Virus record (IMG/VR): IMGVR_UViG_3300021226_000131
Location: 1 to 54,365 of that record
Strand: one strand, 5' to 3'
DNA length: 54,365 nucleotides
DNA from: a virus
Lineage: Duplodnaviria > Caudoviricetes
This document shows, piece by piece, positions 25,007 to 34,718 of this stretch. Numbering within the stretch: position 1 is the first letter of the stretch; every line of letters starts with the position of its first letter. Made by a program: the position numbers and the translations under genes. The notes under the pieces are model-generated. The model saw only the letters and a list, made by a program, of their open reading frames with translations, did not search any database and was not told the origin of the DNA.

Positions 25007-26956
25007 TCAAGCCGCCTCTTTCAGATATGCCAATGGTGATTTGGCGTTCGCGCTGAACTTGCCCCGGGCCATTGATTTGCCTTTGTGCTGCCGAATTTTA
25101 GCCCGCATCTCGTCCAAACGGCGAGCCCCATCCTTGGTGGAGCCATCGCCCAAGAGCGACACGGTTTCAGCGTCCATGACGTACTCGCCATCGGAGAGCT
25201 TGGCGTTGATGGTGTCATCGCGGCCAGAGCCGCCTCCGGTTGCCAGGCGCGACAAAATGCCGCCCCGGGCCTTGGCCACCGCAGTGGTGTCCGTGGCGAC
25301 CGGGTTGTCGTACATGCCGCCGCCGACCTTGTCCCAGTTGCGGGCAATGTAGCTGCCCAGCGGCAGGCCCTGCATCTTGGCGGCCGCGCCAAGCGTGTCC
25401 CAGTTCCAGGTGCGCATCGGGCGGTTGAAGTACTCCTTCTGCTCGGGCGTCATACCAGCAACCACTTGTTGCACCTGCTCTGGCGTCTGGGCGGCGCTGA
25501 ACAGGGAGAGCAGCGGCAGCATGCTGGCGGCAGAGCTCAGGCCGCTCACGCCCAGCTTGTTTGTGGACCCGGCGTCGGTCTTGGCAACCGTCGGCATCGC
25601 TTCGGCGGTCTGCGCGGCGATCGCGTTAAGTGGGGACTGCTGGATGCCAGTGCCAAGCTCCGGTTGGGCCGAGGCAGTTTGCGCGGTGGGGGCCGTCAGG
25701 GAGTAATCAACGGTCGGGGTTTCCGGACCAGTGTATGTCGGCGTGTTGCCGCCGGTCAGGCTGTAGTTTGTGCCCAGGCCCATCTCCGGGACGCTGGCTG
25801 TGTTCAGGGCCGGGGCTTTCAGGCCTTCGACAGCAATGTCGGACGGCGATTTCAGGCCCAGGCCGCCGGTGTCGGATGGGGTAATGTCGTAAAGCGATTT
25901 CGCGGGCTCAGCATTAAGACCTGCGGCCAAGCCGGTCAGTGCGCCTTGAGCCAAAGCCTGCGTTGGTGTTGCGCCCATGGTCAGCGCGTTGCCAAACTGC
26001 TGGCCTGCGGTCTGCAAGCCTGAGCCAAGCTGGCCACCAACGCCGCTGGCAACGTTTGACAATGTGCTGCCGGTGTACCCGCCAAGTGCGCCTTGCAAAG
26101 CGCCCTGCGTGGCTCCCTGGCCGCTCAGTGCCCCCTGGGCTGCGCCAGCAAGTGTGCTGCCGACGACGTTTTGGGCCGTGCTGCCAAGACCCAGGTTCAG
26201 GGCGTCGCTGGCTGCACCACCCAAGGCAGATGCACCGCCAGCGCCAATAGCGCCACCAAGGGCGCCTTGCAAGGCGTTGCCACCGGCAGCGGCCGAGCTG
26301 GCGCCGCCAATCACCGCACTGCCCAGCATGCTGGCTGCCGTACCGCTGGCCCCAAGAGCCGTGCCGATCGCGGTACCGATGCCGGGAGCCACGATCGACA
26401 GCACAACGGGGGCCACGGCCGAGATCAGCTTGCCGATGCCGCCCTTGAACTCGACCAGGCCGGTTGTGGGGTTCACGGTGCCGGAGCCGCCCATGCGAGC
26501 CAGCATCGAGGCCTCACGCGGATTGATGTGCGCCAGCATGGTGTCGCCACCACGGCCAGCCGCGGCAACGCGCTGGGCCGCCTGAGCCAGACCGCCACGG
26601 GCAAACGCCTGCGAGCCGCCGGACTGGTAGCGGGTCTGCACCTCATAGAGCGCCACCAGCATGGACACGATCAGCACGGGGTCGAATTCCGCGGGGAAGT
26701 CCTGCTCAGAGCCAAAACCGGCGCGAATCGCAGCCTCGCGGACCTTGGGGTATTCCTGCGGGTTTTGAAGCACGTACTCCAACGTGGCCACCAGTTGGTC
26801 GACCATGTTTTCCGTGATGCCCGGCATGTTGGCGATGCGCGCCTCGATGACGTCAGCGGCTTGCTGAACCTGCGGGTTGTTGGCCGCCATGGCCATGATC
26901 GTTTGCTTGTCGATTTGCGGGGTCATCTGTTCACCAGTCTGGAAGTTGTCCATCAC
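25007..26956 (-). CDS. Gly/Ala-rich internal virion protein with AxGG motifs
   Basis: GRGGDTMLAHINP.E...GGSGT.NP.TGL.EF; C-terminal GSGRDD.I.A.LSDGEYV.DA..VS.LGDGS. Confidence 0.7.
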   Translation of the reverse strand: MMDNFQTGEQMTPQIDKQTIMAMAANNPQVQQAADVIEARIANMPGITENMVDQLVATLEYVLQNPQEYPKVREAAIRAGFGSEQDFPAEFDPVLIVSMLVALYEVQTRYQSGGSQAFARGGLAQAAQRVAAAGRGGDTMLAHINPREASMLARMGGSGTVNPTTGLVEFKGGIGKLISAVAPVVLSIVAPGIGTAIGTALGASGTAASMLGSAVIGGASSAAAGGNALQGALGGAIGAGGASALGGAASDALNLGLGSTAQNVVGSTLAGAAQGALSGQGATQGALQGALGGYTGSTLSNVASGVGGQLGSGLQTAGQQFGNALTMGATPTQALAQGALTGLAAGLNAEPAKSLYDITPSDTGGLGLKSPSDIAVEGLKAPALNTASVPEMGLGTNYSLTGGNTPTYTGPETPTVDYSLTAPTAQTASAQPELGTGIQQSPLNAIAAQTAEAMPTVAKTDAGSTNKLGVSGLSSAASMLPLLSLFSAAQTPEQVQQVVAGMTPEQKEYFNRPMRTWNWDTLGAAAKMQGLPLGSYIARNWDKVGGGMYDNPVATDTTAVAKARGGILSRLATGGGSGRDDTINAKLSDGEYVMDAETVSLLGDGSTKDGARRLDEMRAKIRQHKGKSMARGKFSANAKSPLAYLKEAA

Positions 26957-27399
26957 TTACTCCTGCGATTCCATTTGTGTTGCTCGTAATCTTCGCGCAA
27001 GAAACCGTAAACGCAAAGATCGTCGTCCTTGAAAGCCCGGCGCATCACGCCCTCGAGCTGAAAACCGATGTGCTCGTCAAACCGACGAGCGGCCGTGTTC
27101 TTGGCCCTCACCAAGCCCGTCACGCGCTGTGCCTGAAAGTGGTCGAAGGCGTACTCAAAAACGCCCCGGAACATCTCCAGCGCAGCGCGCGGCGTGGCCC
27201 ATCTGGCACCAGGCTTGGCGGCGGTGTGCATGTCCACGTTTGTGTCGGTGAAGTTCGAGAGCACCACCACAAACACAAACTCGCCAGCGTCATCCACAGC
27301 GGAAAGCGCGCGGCAAAAACCAGTCGGGCTCTCGATGTTCAAAACATCCTTGGCCCATTCGATGGCCTCGTGCTCGCGCTGTGTGCCGATGTACTTCAT
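26953..27399 (-). CDS. GNAT-family acetyltransferase-like protein
   Basis: FEYAF...RVTGLV..KN.AA.RF..HIGF.LEG.MR. Confidence 0.85.
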   Translation of the reverse strand: MKYIGTQREHEAIEWAKDVLNIESPTGFCRALSAVDDAGEFVFVVVLSNFTDTNVDMHTAAKPGARWATPRAALEMFRGVFEYAFDHFQAQRVTGLVRAKNTAARRFDEHIGFQLEGVMRRAFKDDDLCVYGFLREDYEQHKWNRRSK

Positions 27400-27623
27400 G
27401 ACAGCGAGCCCACCAGGCGCTCAGCCCACTCGCGCCAGTCCGTGAAACCGTAAGGAATAGGCAAGTTTCGGCCGATCGTCGTGTTGTTCAAAAACTGCAT
27501 GCCCCAGTCCTGCCATTTGTCAGGATTATCGAGCCGACCGAAGGAGCCGTAAGCGTCCAGGTCGATGCTGATCTGAGAAGCCCAGTCGAGCAACTGCATA
27601 CCGGTGGGCCTTGTGATGATCAT
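27396..27623 (-). CDS. Small Trp-rich virion-associated protein
   Basis: P.GM...DWA...WQDWG...P.PYGF.DWREWA. Confidence 0.75.
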   Translation of the reverse strand: MIITRPTGMQLLDWASQISIDLDAYGSFGRLDNPDKWQDWGMQFLNNTTIGRNLPIPYGFTDWREWAERLVGSLS

Positions 27624-29449
27624 CCCAGCACCGTCTTGTCCCCGGTCTCAAGGTGACCGATGATTTGCCCCATCTGGTAGTCGCCGTACAGCGCGTTGGA
27701 CTCAAAGCGCAAGCGCAACTCGCGGCGCTGCTCTTTGAGCATCACGATCTGCTCGTATGGCTGGCTGGCCTGGTCGGGGAAGGTGAAGATCGAGCTGTAC
27801 ACCTCTGGCGCGCGGGCGTTGGCCCGGCCGGTGACCTGCACGGTCATCGGGCCGTTTTGCACAAAGTCCGGCTCGATGACCGAAATCCGCAAGTACTCGT
27901 TGCTGCCCTGGGCAACCGGCGAGAGGTCGGCGGTCTCGAAATACGACTGCACCGGCTCGGCCAGCGTGCCGTCGATCATGTCCACACCCTGCTCATGCAC
28001 CCAGGTGCGGTAGCCGCTGGCGGTTGGCACGGCATCGACCAGGATGGGGGCAGCGAAAGCGTTATTGAAGCCGCCAGCCGACCGGCCGGACTCGGGCAGC
28101 GCGGTGTCGTACCAGGTGTTTTCCCGCACGTTGTAAATCACGGCGTGCGTGCACTCGGTGGCGTCGCCGCGTGGGTAGCACCACCAGATTTCGCCGTAGC
28201 GCGGCACCTTGAAGGCAAAAACCTTGCTGTGCTGGTGCGGGTTCAGGCCGTCCAAGAAGTAGTTGATGTTGAGCTGGTTGGGCACATCGCGCACCACGCC
28301 GTTGAACATCAGGAAGCGGTCCACCCCGGCCCAGTAAAACACGCCGTCGTAGTCCACGACCGAGTCAGCGGACATGATCGAGGTGTCGGTGGCAATCGTG
28401 TCGAACTGAAACACCGTGGCGCCGCCCGTGAAGGTGGCGCGGATCACGGCGTCGTAGGCCCAGAAGATGCCAGCCGGGGCCGAGCCAGAGCCTGCGCGCA
28501 GTGGCATGCCCTTGACGATCTTTTGGCCCCAGACGCGGGCAATACCGGAGCCTGCGCCGGTCAGGTTTGTGGGGGCACCAGCAACGGACCAGCCGATGAT
28601 GCCCGCCGTGCCGTAGTAGAACAGGTACGGGTGCAGCGCCACGATGCCGCCCGTGGCGTTGGCGCCGGACGGAATCTGTACGCTTTTCAAAGGCGCGGTG
28701 CCCAGAATGTCGCCGTAGAAAATCTGGCCGCCAATATCGTTGCACAAACAGTTGCCGTTGGGCGCCACGTGGGCCAGCAAAGAGTTGTACGTGGTCGACG
28801 AGTCGTACTCGGACTGGAACATCCAGCGGTTTGCAGGTGAGGCCACCAGCGCGTCCGAGCCGCCCGCCATGTCGGTCGATGTGGCCGTGATCGTGGTCAC
28901 GCTGGGCACGACTGCATAGCCGTTGGTTGTGCCGTTTGCCGTCACGGCCGTGATGGTGATCACCGGTCCAACGGCCACAGCGGTGTAGTCGGGGGACGAG
29001 GTGAACAGGTTGATGTTTGTGGCCACAGCCGTTGCCGTTGCGGCCAGGCTGCCAACAAACGCCACGCCACCGGACATGATCTGCACGCCGTTGACCGTGA
29101 TGCCGTTGACCGAGCCCGCAGCGCCGCCCGTGAGCGTCACCGTGCCCGTCGCGGCCACAGCCACTGGGGTGCGGTTGGACACCAAGCTGGCGTTCTTGCT
29201 GGCGTCGATCGTGAAGCGCTCCAGCGTGCTTGGGCCGCCGCTGTGGCAGTACTGCAACAGTTGCTGCGTGAAGCTCATAAAGCCGCGCGAAATCTCGGTC
29301 AGGTACTTGGAAATCGAGCGGTACCCGCCGATCTTGCGAGGCAGGCCGCGCTGAAACCGCACCCATTGGCCGTCGGTGTAAAACTCACCGTCGAACTTGG
29401 TGCCGTCGCGCTTGATGCCGGGCTGGGAGCGGAGGATTTGCGTTGGCAT
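27620..29449 (-). CDS. Tail nozzle/stabilisation protein (P22 gp10 / T7 gp12-like)
   Basis: PGIKRDGT...WVRF.RG.PRKIGG N-terminus; EIWW.YP...VIYN.RENTWY. Confidence 0.8.
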   Translation of the reverse strand: MPTQILRSQPGIKRDGTKFDGEFYTDGQWVRFQRGLPRKIGGYRSISKYLTEISRGFMSFTQQLLQYCHSGGPSTLERFTIDASKNASLVSNRTPVAVAATGTVTLTGGAAGSVNGITVNGVQIMSGGVAFVGSLAATATAVATNINLFTSSPDYTAVAVGPVITITAVTANGTTNGYAVVPSVTTITATSTDMAGGSDALVASPANRWMFQSEYDSSTTYNSLLAHVAPNGNCLCNDIGGQIFYGDILGTAPLKSVQIPSGANATGGIVALHPYLFYYGTAGIIGWSVAGAPTNLTGAGSGIARVWGQKIVKGMPLRAGSGSAPAGIFWAYDAVIRATFTGGATVFQFDTIATDTSIMSADSVVDYDGVFYWAGVDRFLMFNGVVRDVPNQLNINYFLDGLNPHQHSKVFAFKVPRYGEIWWCYPRGDATECTHAVIYNVRENTWYDTALPESGRSAGGFNNAFAAPILVDAVPTASGYRTWVHEQGVDMIDGTLAEPVQSYFETADLSPVAQGSNEYLRISVIEPDFVQNGPMTVQVTGRANARAPEVYSSIFTFPDQASQPYEQIVMLKEQRRELRLRFESNALYGDYQMGQIIGHLETGDKTVLG

Positions 29450-29463
29450 CTGTTTTTTCCCGC

Positions 29464-30663
29464 TTAGAAGGTCCCGCCCACCACAACGCCAGAAGGTGCG
29501 ATGCCCAGAGCAGCGTAAGCCGATGCGCCGTCTGCGGCCGTGAACACCGCGTCGCCCACAGCCGTGGCGCCCAGGTTGATGCGAGCCGAGCCTGCCGTGG
29601 TTGCGCCGGTACCGCCGTCGGACACCTGAATGGGCACGGCCAGACCGCCCGTGTCGGCGTTGACCACGTTGGTGCCATCGCAGTAAAGGATGGAGCGCGA
29701 GCCGGATGCCACCAAAACGCCCGCACCGCTGGCTGTTTTGATGGTGAAGTTGTAAGCGCCGGTCGTGGCGTTGGTCACCCAGTACTGCTGGACGGTGGCG
29801 GGGACGATGATCGTGCGGTTGCCGGTCAGAGTGCCGGTGAACGAGTACGCAATCCGGTTCAGCTCGGTACCGGTCAGGGTGTAGTTGCCAGAGCCGGAAA
29901 CGCTGATCGAGGTGTAGTCGAAGGCAAATGTGGCCGACTGGCCAAAGCCGATCGTGAAATAGTTGGCGCCGTCCGAGACGATGATGGCCGACTCGCCAGG
30001 CTGGAAGGACAGAATCGGGCCACCGTCAATCAGGATGGTGCCCGCAGGGTCGGCCACGATGGCGCCCGAGCCCGAGTTGCGCAGGTAGATGAACCAGTTG
30101 TTGCCAACGATCGTGGGCGCTGGCAGCGTGATCGTGCCGCCTGCGCCGGTCCAGACAAACATCCGGGCGCGGTCTTGCGCGCCTGCGGTGTAGTTGCTGT
30201 TGAACTGCGTGACCGGGACCGCCTGCGAGAGCAGTGTGCCCACGGCCACGATGCCGGTACCGGCCAGAGCCGAGGCGTTGGCTTGCGAGATGGCGGCGCC
30301 GTACTGCAGCGTTTCCCATGCACCGGCCGCCGTGCTGTTGTCGGTCAGGTAGACCTGCCACAGTGTGCCGGGGGCAACGGTCATCACCTGGACGCCAGCG
30401 TTGTCCTTGACCGTGAAAGTGAACGTGCCCAGGTTGTTGAACAGGATGGTCTGCCCCGTGCCGGTGCCGTTGGCAGGCGGCAGCGTGATCGCCAGGCCAT
30501 CGGCAGCCTGGGTGACGTCCATGATCTTGGTGGCCAGGTTCTGGCTGGTCGAGGTCTCGTCGGGCCAGCTCAGCGTGATGTTGGTGGCCAAGGCGACGGC
30601 GCTGTAGTCAATCTCGCTGGGGTAGATGTTCGCCCCACCGAAAACGTCGGTGTATGTGGTCAT
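29464..30663 (-). CDS. Tail structural/fibre-base protein
   Basis: Thr/Gly-rich beta strands; FTGTLTGNRTIIVP; GGTGATTA..AR.NLG. Confidence 0.75.
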   Translation of the reverse strand: MTTYTDVFGGANIYPSEIDYSAVALATNITLSWPDETSTSQNLATKIMDVTQAADGLAITLPPANGTGTGQTILFNNLGTFTFTVKDNAGVQVMTVAPGTLWQVYLTDNSTAAGAWETLQYGAAISQANASALAGTGIVAVGTLLSQAVPVTQFNSNYTAGAQDRARMFVWTGAGGTITLPAPTIVGNNWFIYLRNSGSGAIVADPAGTILIDGGPILSFQPGESAIIVSDGANYFTIGFGQSATFAFDYTSISVSGSGNYTLTGTELNRIAYSFTGTLTGNRTIIVPATVQQYWVTNATTGAYNFTIKTASGAGVLVASGSRSILYCDGTNVVNADTGGLAVPIQVSDGGTGATTAGSARINLGATAVGDAVFTAADGASAYAALGIAPSGVVVGGTF

Positions 30664-31289
30664 GCTTCAGTCCTTTGGGCGCTGCGGTCCATGATCTTCT
30701 TCAGGTCCTCGCCGTTAAGCGCCTGGGCAGCGCGGTCGTACATCTGCTGCCAGGTGCCGATGCGCTCGTCCTTCTTCAAGAACGGCGTGGCCTCCAGCAG
30801 CGTGGCGTACAGCAGCAGGTCGGGCGCGTACTCGGTGAGCCAGTTGGTCTGGAAGTCCTCACCCAAGAAGCGCGGCTGCTCATAGTACATCACCTCAAGC
30901 GTGCTGTTTGCGTTGGGCGTTGGCGTGATCAGCCAGTGGTTGTAGTCGTAGTCGGCATAGAACTGCGGCGTGGCCGTCTGGGCCTCGTCGGGCCAGTAGT
31001 TACGGCAATACTCGTAGGCCCGCGCAAAAATCGGCGCCCCGTTGAGCGTCATGCTCACGGTGTCGCGCCAGCGGTCGGGCTTGCGGTAGGTGGCCACACC
31101 GGCCTGCAAAGGGGTGGTGACTGCGCGGATGAAGCCTTGAATCTTTAGCTCGCGGGAGATGCGGCGCTCGCCCAGGGTGATCAGGCGTGGAAGCTGCTCG
31201 TAGACGATCTGGTCGCTTTCAGCGGTAAAACCCCGCTCAAGGTAGCGGCGCACATCTTCCAGCAGGCTGCTGTACGTCATTGTGTACAT
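30660..31289 (-). CDS. Head-tail adaptor protein
   Basis: TY.SL...V..YL; I.PTP...Y...P...NWL..YAPDLLLYA.L.EA.PFLK.D. Confidence 0.8.
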   Translation of the reverse strand: MYTMTYSSLLEDVRRYLERGFTAESDQIVYEQLPRLITLGERRISRELKIQGFIRAVTTPLQAGVATYRKPDRWRDTVSMTLNGAPIFARAYEYCRNYWPDEAQTATPQFYADYDYNHWLITPTPNANSTLEVMYYEQPRFLGEDFQTNWLTEYAPDLLLYATLLEATPFLKKDERIGTWQQMYDRAAQALNGEDLKKIMDRSAQRTEA

Positions 31290-31342
31290 GTGGACTCCAG
31301 GTGGTTGTGAAGCCGCTGGTCCAGCTGGCGCTTGATGCCCGA

Positions 31343-31372
31343 ATTATGCCCGGGAACGGCCTGGGCTGGCAA
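31343..31372 (-). promoter_or_regulatory. Candidate sigma70-type promoter
   Basis: TTGCCA-18-CATAAT in the gap upstream of 31289. Confidence 0.5.
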
Positions 31373-31380
31373 ACCGATCG

Positions 31381-31821
31381 TCATATCAGGGCAGCCTCAG
31401 CAGCTCGGCGTCGGACCAGGCCTGGCAGCACGCGGCCACCACCACGCACCCACTTGGCCAGTTCTGCGGGAACGGCCGCCCAGTCACCGGCGTTGATCTT
31501 GCGGCGAAGTGTGGAGGAACGCAGGTTGCCTGAGCCGAGGTTGTAGGTGAAATCCAGCAGCGCAGCGGCGCGGTTTTCCGTGTTCAGGCCGGGGCACAGG
31601 CGTGCAACGGCTGGGAGCACCTCTCGCTGAAGTTCGTGCTGCAGCAACTGCTCGGCACGCTCGCGGGTGATTGCTGGGTCGCGCAAAGTGACGGAACGGC
31701 CGTCCTCATAGCGGGTGGAGCCGAAACCGATCGTGGGCACACCAGCGGGGCACAAATAAGGCTCGCTGTAAAAGCCCTCAAACTGACGGCACAAAGCGGC
31801 GGCGGTTACGACTGAGGACAT
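31381..31821 (-). CDS. Endolysin, GH24 phage lysozyme
   Basis: E-x8-C-x5-T triad (FEGFYSEPYLCPAGVPTIGFG); F.YNLG...STL; GLVRRR.AE. Confidence 0.95.
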   Translation of the reverse strand: MSSVVTAAALCRQFEGFYSEPYLCPAGVPTIGFGSTRYEDGRSVTLRDPAITRERAEQLLQHELQREVLPAVARLCPGLNTENRAAALLDFTYNLGSGNLRSSTLRRKINAGDWAAVPAELAKWVRGGGRVLPGLVRRRAAEAALI

Positions 31822-32286
31822 TCACTTGCCCCGTTTTGCCAAGTTGCGATCGGCCAAAAAGATGCCCAAAGCGGCGCTGCACACAGAGGCGGCAAACGCG
31901 CTTAAGGTGATCAGCTTGAACTCCGAGCAGGTAATCATGGCAATTGCCCAAGTGGCAACACCTGGTCGAATCACAGCATTCCAGGCGTCCACCCAGGCGA
32001 TGCCAACCTTGGTGGCTGTGGCCTTGACAGCCTCAAGCCAACCGTTGGCCTCCACCTCGCCAATCGCGGCCTCGGCCTGCGCCCGGATGACCTGCACACC
32101 CATGTCTGCTTGGAGCTTGATTGCCTCCAGATTTCTGGCGTGTTGTGCAGCGTCCAGGTCGCCTTGGAGGCGCATGCGTTCGATCTCGTGGGCGTGGTCT
32201 TGGTTCTTGGTGACCCAGTGGCTCACCTCGCCCCAGATCATGCGAAAAACAGACCCACCAAGAAATGACAGTAGGGCTTCAAGCAT
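31822..32286 (-). CDS. Putative holin
   Basis: Hydrophobic N- and C-terminal segments, IRP motif, basic tail; directly upstream of the endolysin. Confidence 0.65.
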   Translation of the reverse strand: MLEALLSFLGGSVFRMIWGEVSHWVTKNQDHAHEIERMRLQGDLDAAQHARNLEAIKLQADMGVQVIRAQAEAAIGEVEANGWLEAVKATATKVGIAWVDAWNAVIRPGVATWAIAMITCSEFKLITLSAFAASVCSAALGIFLADRNLAKRGK

Positions 32287-32374
32287 AAATAACCTCCATG
32301 AAAATGCGGACGGACCAAAGCACCACGCCCACCAGCAGCAGGGCGGCGATCAGTGCTTCGGCCCAGTCTCTCAT
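32279..32374 (-). CDS. Small single-TM protein (31 aa)
   Basis: MRDWAEALIAALLLVGVVLWSVRIFMEVIYA; overlaps both neighbours. Confidence 0.6.
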   Translation of the reverse strand: MRDWAEALIAALLLVGVVLWSVRIFMEVIYA

Positions 32375-32694
32375 GCCGACCAGGGCAGTGGCGGCTGCAC
32401 CACTGGCGGGTTGATCTGGTTGGCGATCTGCTGCGCAACAGCAGCTTCAGTTGCATCTTTGTCCACGCCAGATTCCCAGCACCAGCTCAGAACTTGATCT
32501 TGGGTTAATTGTTCGTAGGGGGTGTAATTCACGCCTGGCTCAGGAGGCGGGAAAGCGCAGGTGCTGTACACGTTGCCCGTAAATTCGCCATCCACGCCAG
32601 AGCAGCTCCAGTGTGCGCAAGTTGCGTAGTTTTTGGCTCCGTCCGCGTCAGGCAAGCAGTCAAGTGCTGTGATTGTCCAAGTGATTTGCATCAT
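32371..32694 (-). CDS. Tail-fibre-associated small protein
   Basis: W.I..LDC...HW...PY..LT..QVL.W...PP....LPW. Confidence 0.75.
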   Translation of the reverse strand: MMQITWTITALDCLPDADGAKNYATCAHWSCSGVDGEFTGNVYSTCAFPPPEPGVNYTPYEQLTQDQVLSWCWESGVDKDATEAAVAQQIANQINPPVVQPPLPWSA

Positions 32695-32702
32695 GCTTCC
32701 TT

Positions 32703-33044
32703 TTAAATATGATCGCCCGACGGGTCAATTGGGTCAAGCACAGGCTCGAACCAACGGGCCAACGAAGTACGCCAGCCGTCTTCGCTGTGATTGTGCCGCT
32801 TCAACCGGCTGGTCACGGTGAACTCTTTGGGCAACTCCAAGAACAGCACCGTCATCACAAAGGTGTTGCACAGGAAGTCCAGCACCAAGCCGATAATCAG
32901 CGTCGGATAACCGAACACCATGCCCAGCTTGGTCAACTTGCCCATGTCACGGACCCGCTTGATGTTCATCACGGCGCAGTAGAAGACGTACAAGCCGTAG
33001 GTAACGACCAGCGACAGGCCTAGGTAGATTGCGATTTCTTTCAT
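32703..33044 (-). CDS. Membrane protein
   Basis: Two hydrophobic segments; LELP.E.TVT.RL.R...LDP.DP.G.H. Confidence 0.75.
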   Translation of the reverse strand: MKEIAIYLGLSLVVTYGLYVFYCAVMNIKRVRDMGKLTKLGMVFGYPTLIIGLVLDFLCNTFVMTVLFLELPKEFTVTSRLKRHNHSEDGWRTSLARWFEPVLDPIDPSGDHI

Positions 33045-34378
33045 ACTTTTCCTTCAAGTTGTGCCACACGGGCGCGGAGTGATTGCAACTCTTTTACAAG
33101 CATGGGGACGAGCTTGGAGTAGTCCACAGCCATCATTTCTTCTGGGTCTTCAGGTTGATGCACAGCCTCTGGGGCCACAGTTACCAGTTCTTGTGCGATG
33201 AAACCTGCACGTTGATGGCTGCCGTCTGCTTTCCAGTCGTAGCTACGCACCTTGATGGAATCAATGACGCTACCGAACTCAGGGGCATCAACAATGTTTT
33301 CCTTCAGACGCTGGTCGGAAGTGACGTTGTACAGAACTGCGGTTGTGCCAGATTGAGTGATCGAACCGATGATTGAGCTGTTGTACCAAAATTGCTCATA
33401 TACCGAGCCTGTGGCAGTCCCGGACACATGACCAATGTTGATAAAACTTGCATTGGAGTTAGGAACAACGGCAAAACCGCCTGTTGGCGCAGAACTACTC
33501 GTCGTCCCCACCAGCAAGTTACCGCTGGAGTCGATACGTGCGCGTTCGGTATTTGCACCATTACCGTAAAACACAAGCGAACCATCAGGAAGACCGGCGA
33601 TTGCTGACGAAAGTGTCGGGTTAAACGTCAGCTTTTGTGCAGTAGCGCCACTTACCCCAATAATAATTTGAGAGTTAAAGGTTGCGTCTGGAGAGCCTAC
33701 GACGTGTAATTTTGCAAGTGGGCTACTCGTCCCAATGCCAAGACCTGTGGAGGTCAGGCGCATTTGTTCGACGTTGTTCCTAGTGAACAGCAAATCGCTT
33801 AGCGAATTTACTTTGCCAAGGAATTGCGAACCATCCCAATAATGCCCAAGGCTTGTGATTTCAGTGCTTGTGTAGAGCGTTGCGAGTTTTGCGCCAGCGT
33901 TTGTCGTGGTGTTATCGTTCCGAGAACTGGCTTGAACCGTTGTTGCAGTATTGCCTACAACACCCAAATTCGTCCCATCAAACGTCAGCGCAGAACCTGT
34001 AGCAAGCGTACCCGCACCCGATGCGTATACAACACCGTTTGCAGTGAATGAGGTCAGGCCTGTGCCGCCGTAGGCTGTGCCCAGTGCGTTGGTCAGGTTC
34101 AGTGTGTTCGCGGTGAGAGTCGTGCCATTAAACGTCAGGTTAGCCGACCCCGCCAACGCGCCGGAGCTGTTGTACTGCACCTGTGTGTTGGAGCCGCCGA
34201 TGGTGCCTGCGCCCTTGGTGGCCAGCACCTGCACAACGCCGCCGTTGTCCTTGTAAAACAGCTTGCCGTCTGTGATGTTGATCGCCAGCTCGCCGTTGGC
34301 CAGATTGCCAGCGGAGGGGGCTGTGGATGCGGTGGTGCTGTAGTACAGCTGTATTGGAGTGAACCCACTTTGCGACAT
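33041..34378 (-). CDS. Tail fibre with C-terminal intramolecular chaperone (peptidase S74)
   Basis: GELAIN.TDGKLFYK; GIGTSSP and ERARIDSSGNLLVG modules; SDQRLKENI...GFIAQE...VDYSKLVP.LVK.LQ.L. Confidence 0.92.
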   Translation of the reverse strand: MSQSGFTPIQLYYSTTASTAPSAGNLANGELAINITDGKLFYKDNGGVVQVLATKGAGTIGGSNTQVQYNSSGALAGSANLTFNGTTLTANTLNLTNALGTAYGGTGLTSFTANGVVYASGAGTLATGSALTFDGTNLGVVGNTATTVQASSRNDNTTTNAGAKLATLYTSTEITSLGHYWDGSQFLGKVNSLSDLLFTRNNVEQMRLTSTGLGIGTSSPLAKLHVVGSPDATFNSQIIIGVSGATAQKLTFNPTLSSAIAGLPDGSLVFYGNGANTERARIDSSGNLLVGTTSSSAPTGGFAVVPNSNASFINIGHVSGTATGSVYEQFWYNSSIIGSITQSGTTAVLYNVTSDQRLKENIVDAPEFGSVIDSIKVRSYDWKADGSHQRAGFIAQELVTVAPEAVHQPEDPEEMMAVDYSKLVPMLVKELQSLRARVAQLEGKV

Positions 34379-34382
34379 GGTC

Positions 34383-34718
34383 TTACCTCAGGTTTTCAAG
34401 TTTGAAGAGCGCGTCGAGGTAGAACTTGCAGACCTCGTCGACGATATTTTCGATGGCCGGGACCTCGCGTGCGAGTTTCTCACGGTTCTCAACCAGCCAC
34501 AGCATGTTTTCCCGGATCTGCGCGATCGCGTTGCCGTCCGATTTCGGCTTGTCACCGAAGGCGGCCACGCTGGCCTCGACCAGGGTGTCAGCCTGCTCGA
34601 TCACGCCCTCGTAGAACTCGCCCAGCGTGGTGTGCTGATAGCCCGAATCGGTGGTCCAGTGCGCACGGTGCGCAACGTCGCGGATGGCAAACTGCCTTGC
34701 AATGAATTCTTCCAACAT
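34383..34718 (-). CDS. Short ferritin/Dps-like four-helix protein
   Basis: AH..HW.T.S..QH..LG.FYE....D.LVE...NI.DE......FKL. Confidence 0.75.
   Translation of the reverse strand: MLEEFIARQFAIRDVAHRAHWTTDSGYQHTTLGEFYEGVIEQADTLVEASVAAFGDKPKSDGNAIAQIRENMLWLVENREKLAREVPAIENIVDEVCKFYLDALFKLENLR

Noticed and set aside
26953-27399. GNAT in the virion block as a novelty
   Set aside because: Acetyltransferase-like genes commonly sit between nozzle and ejection genes in podoviruses
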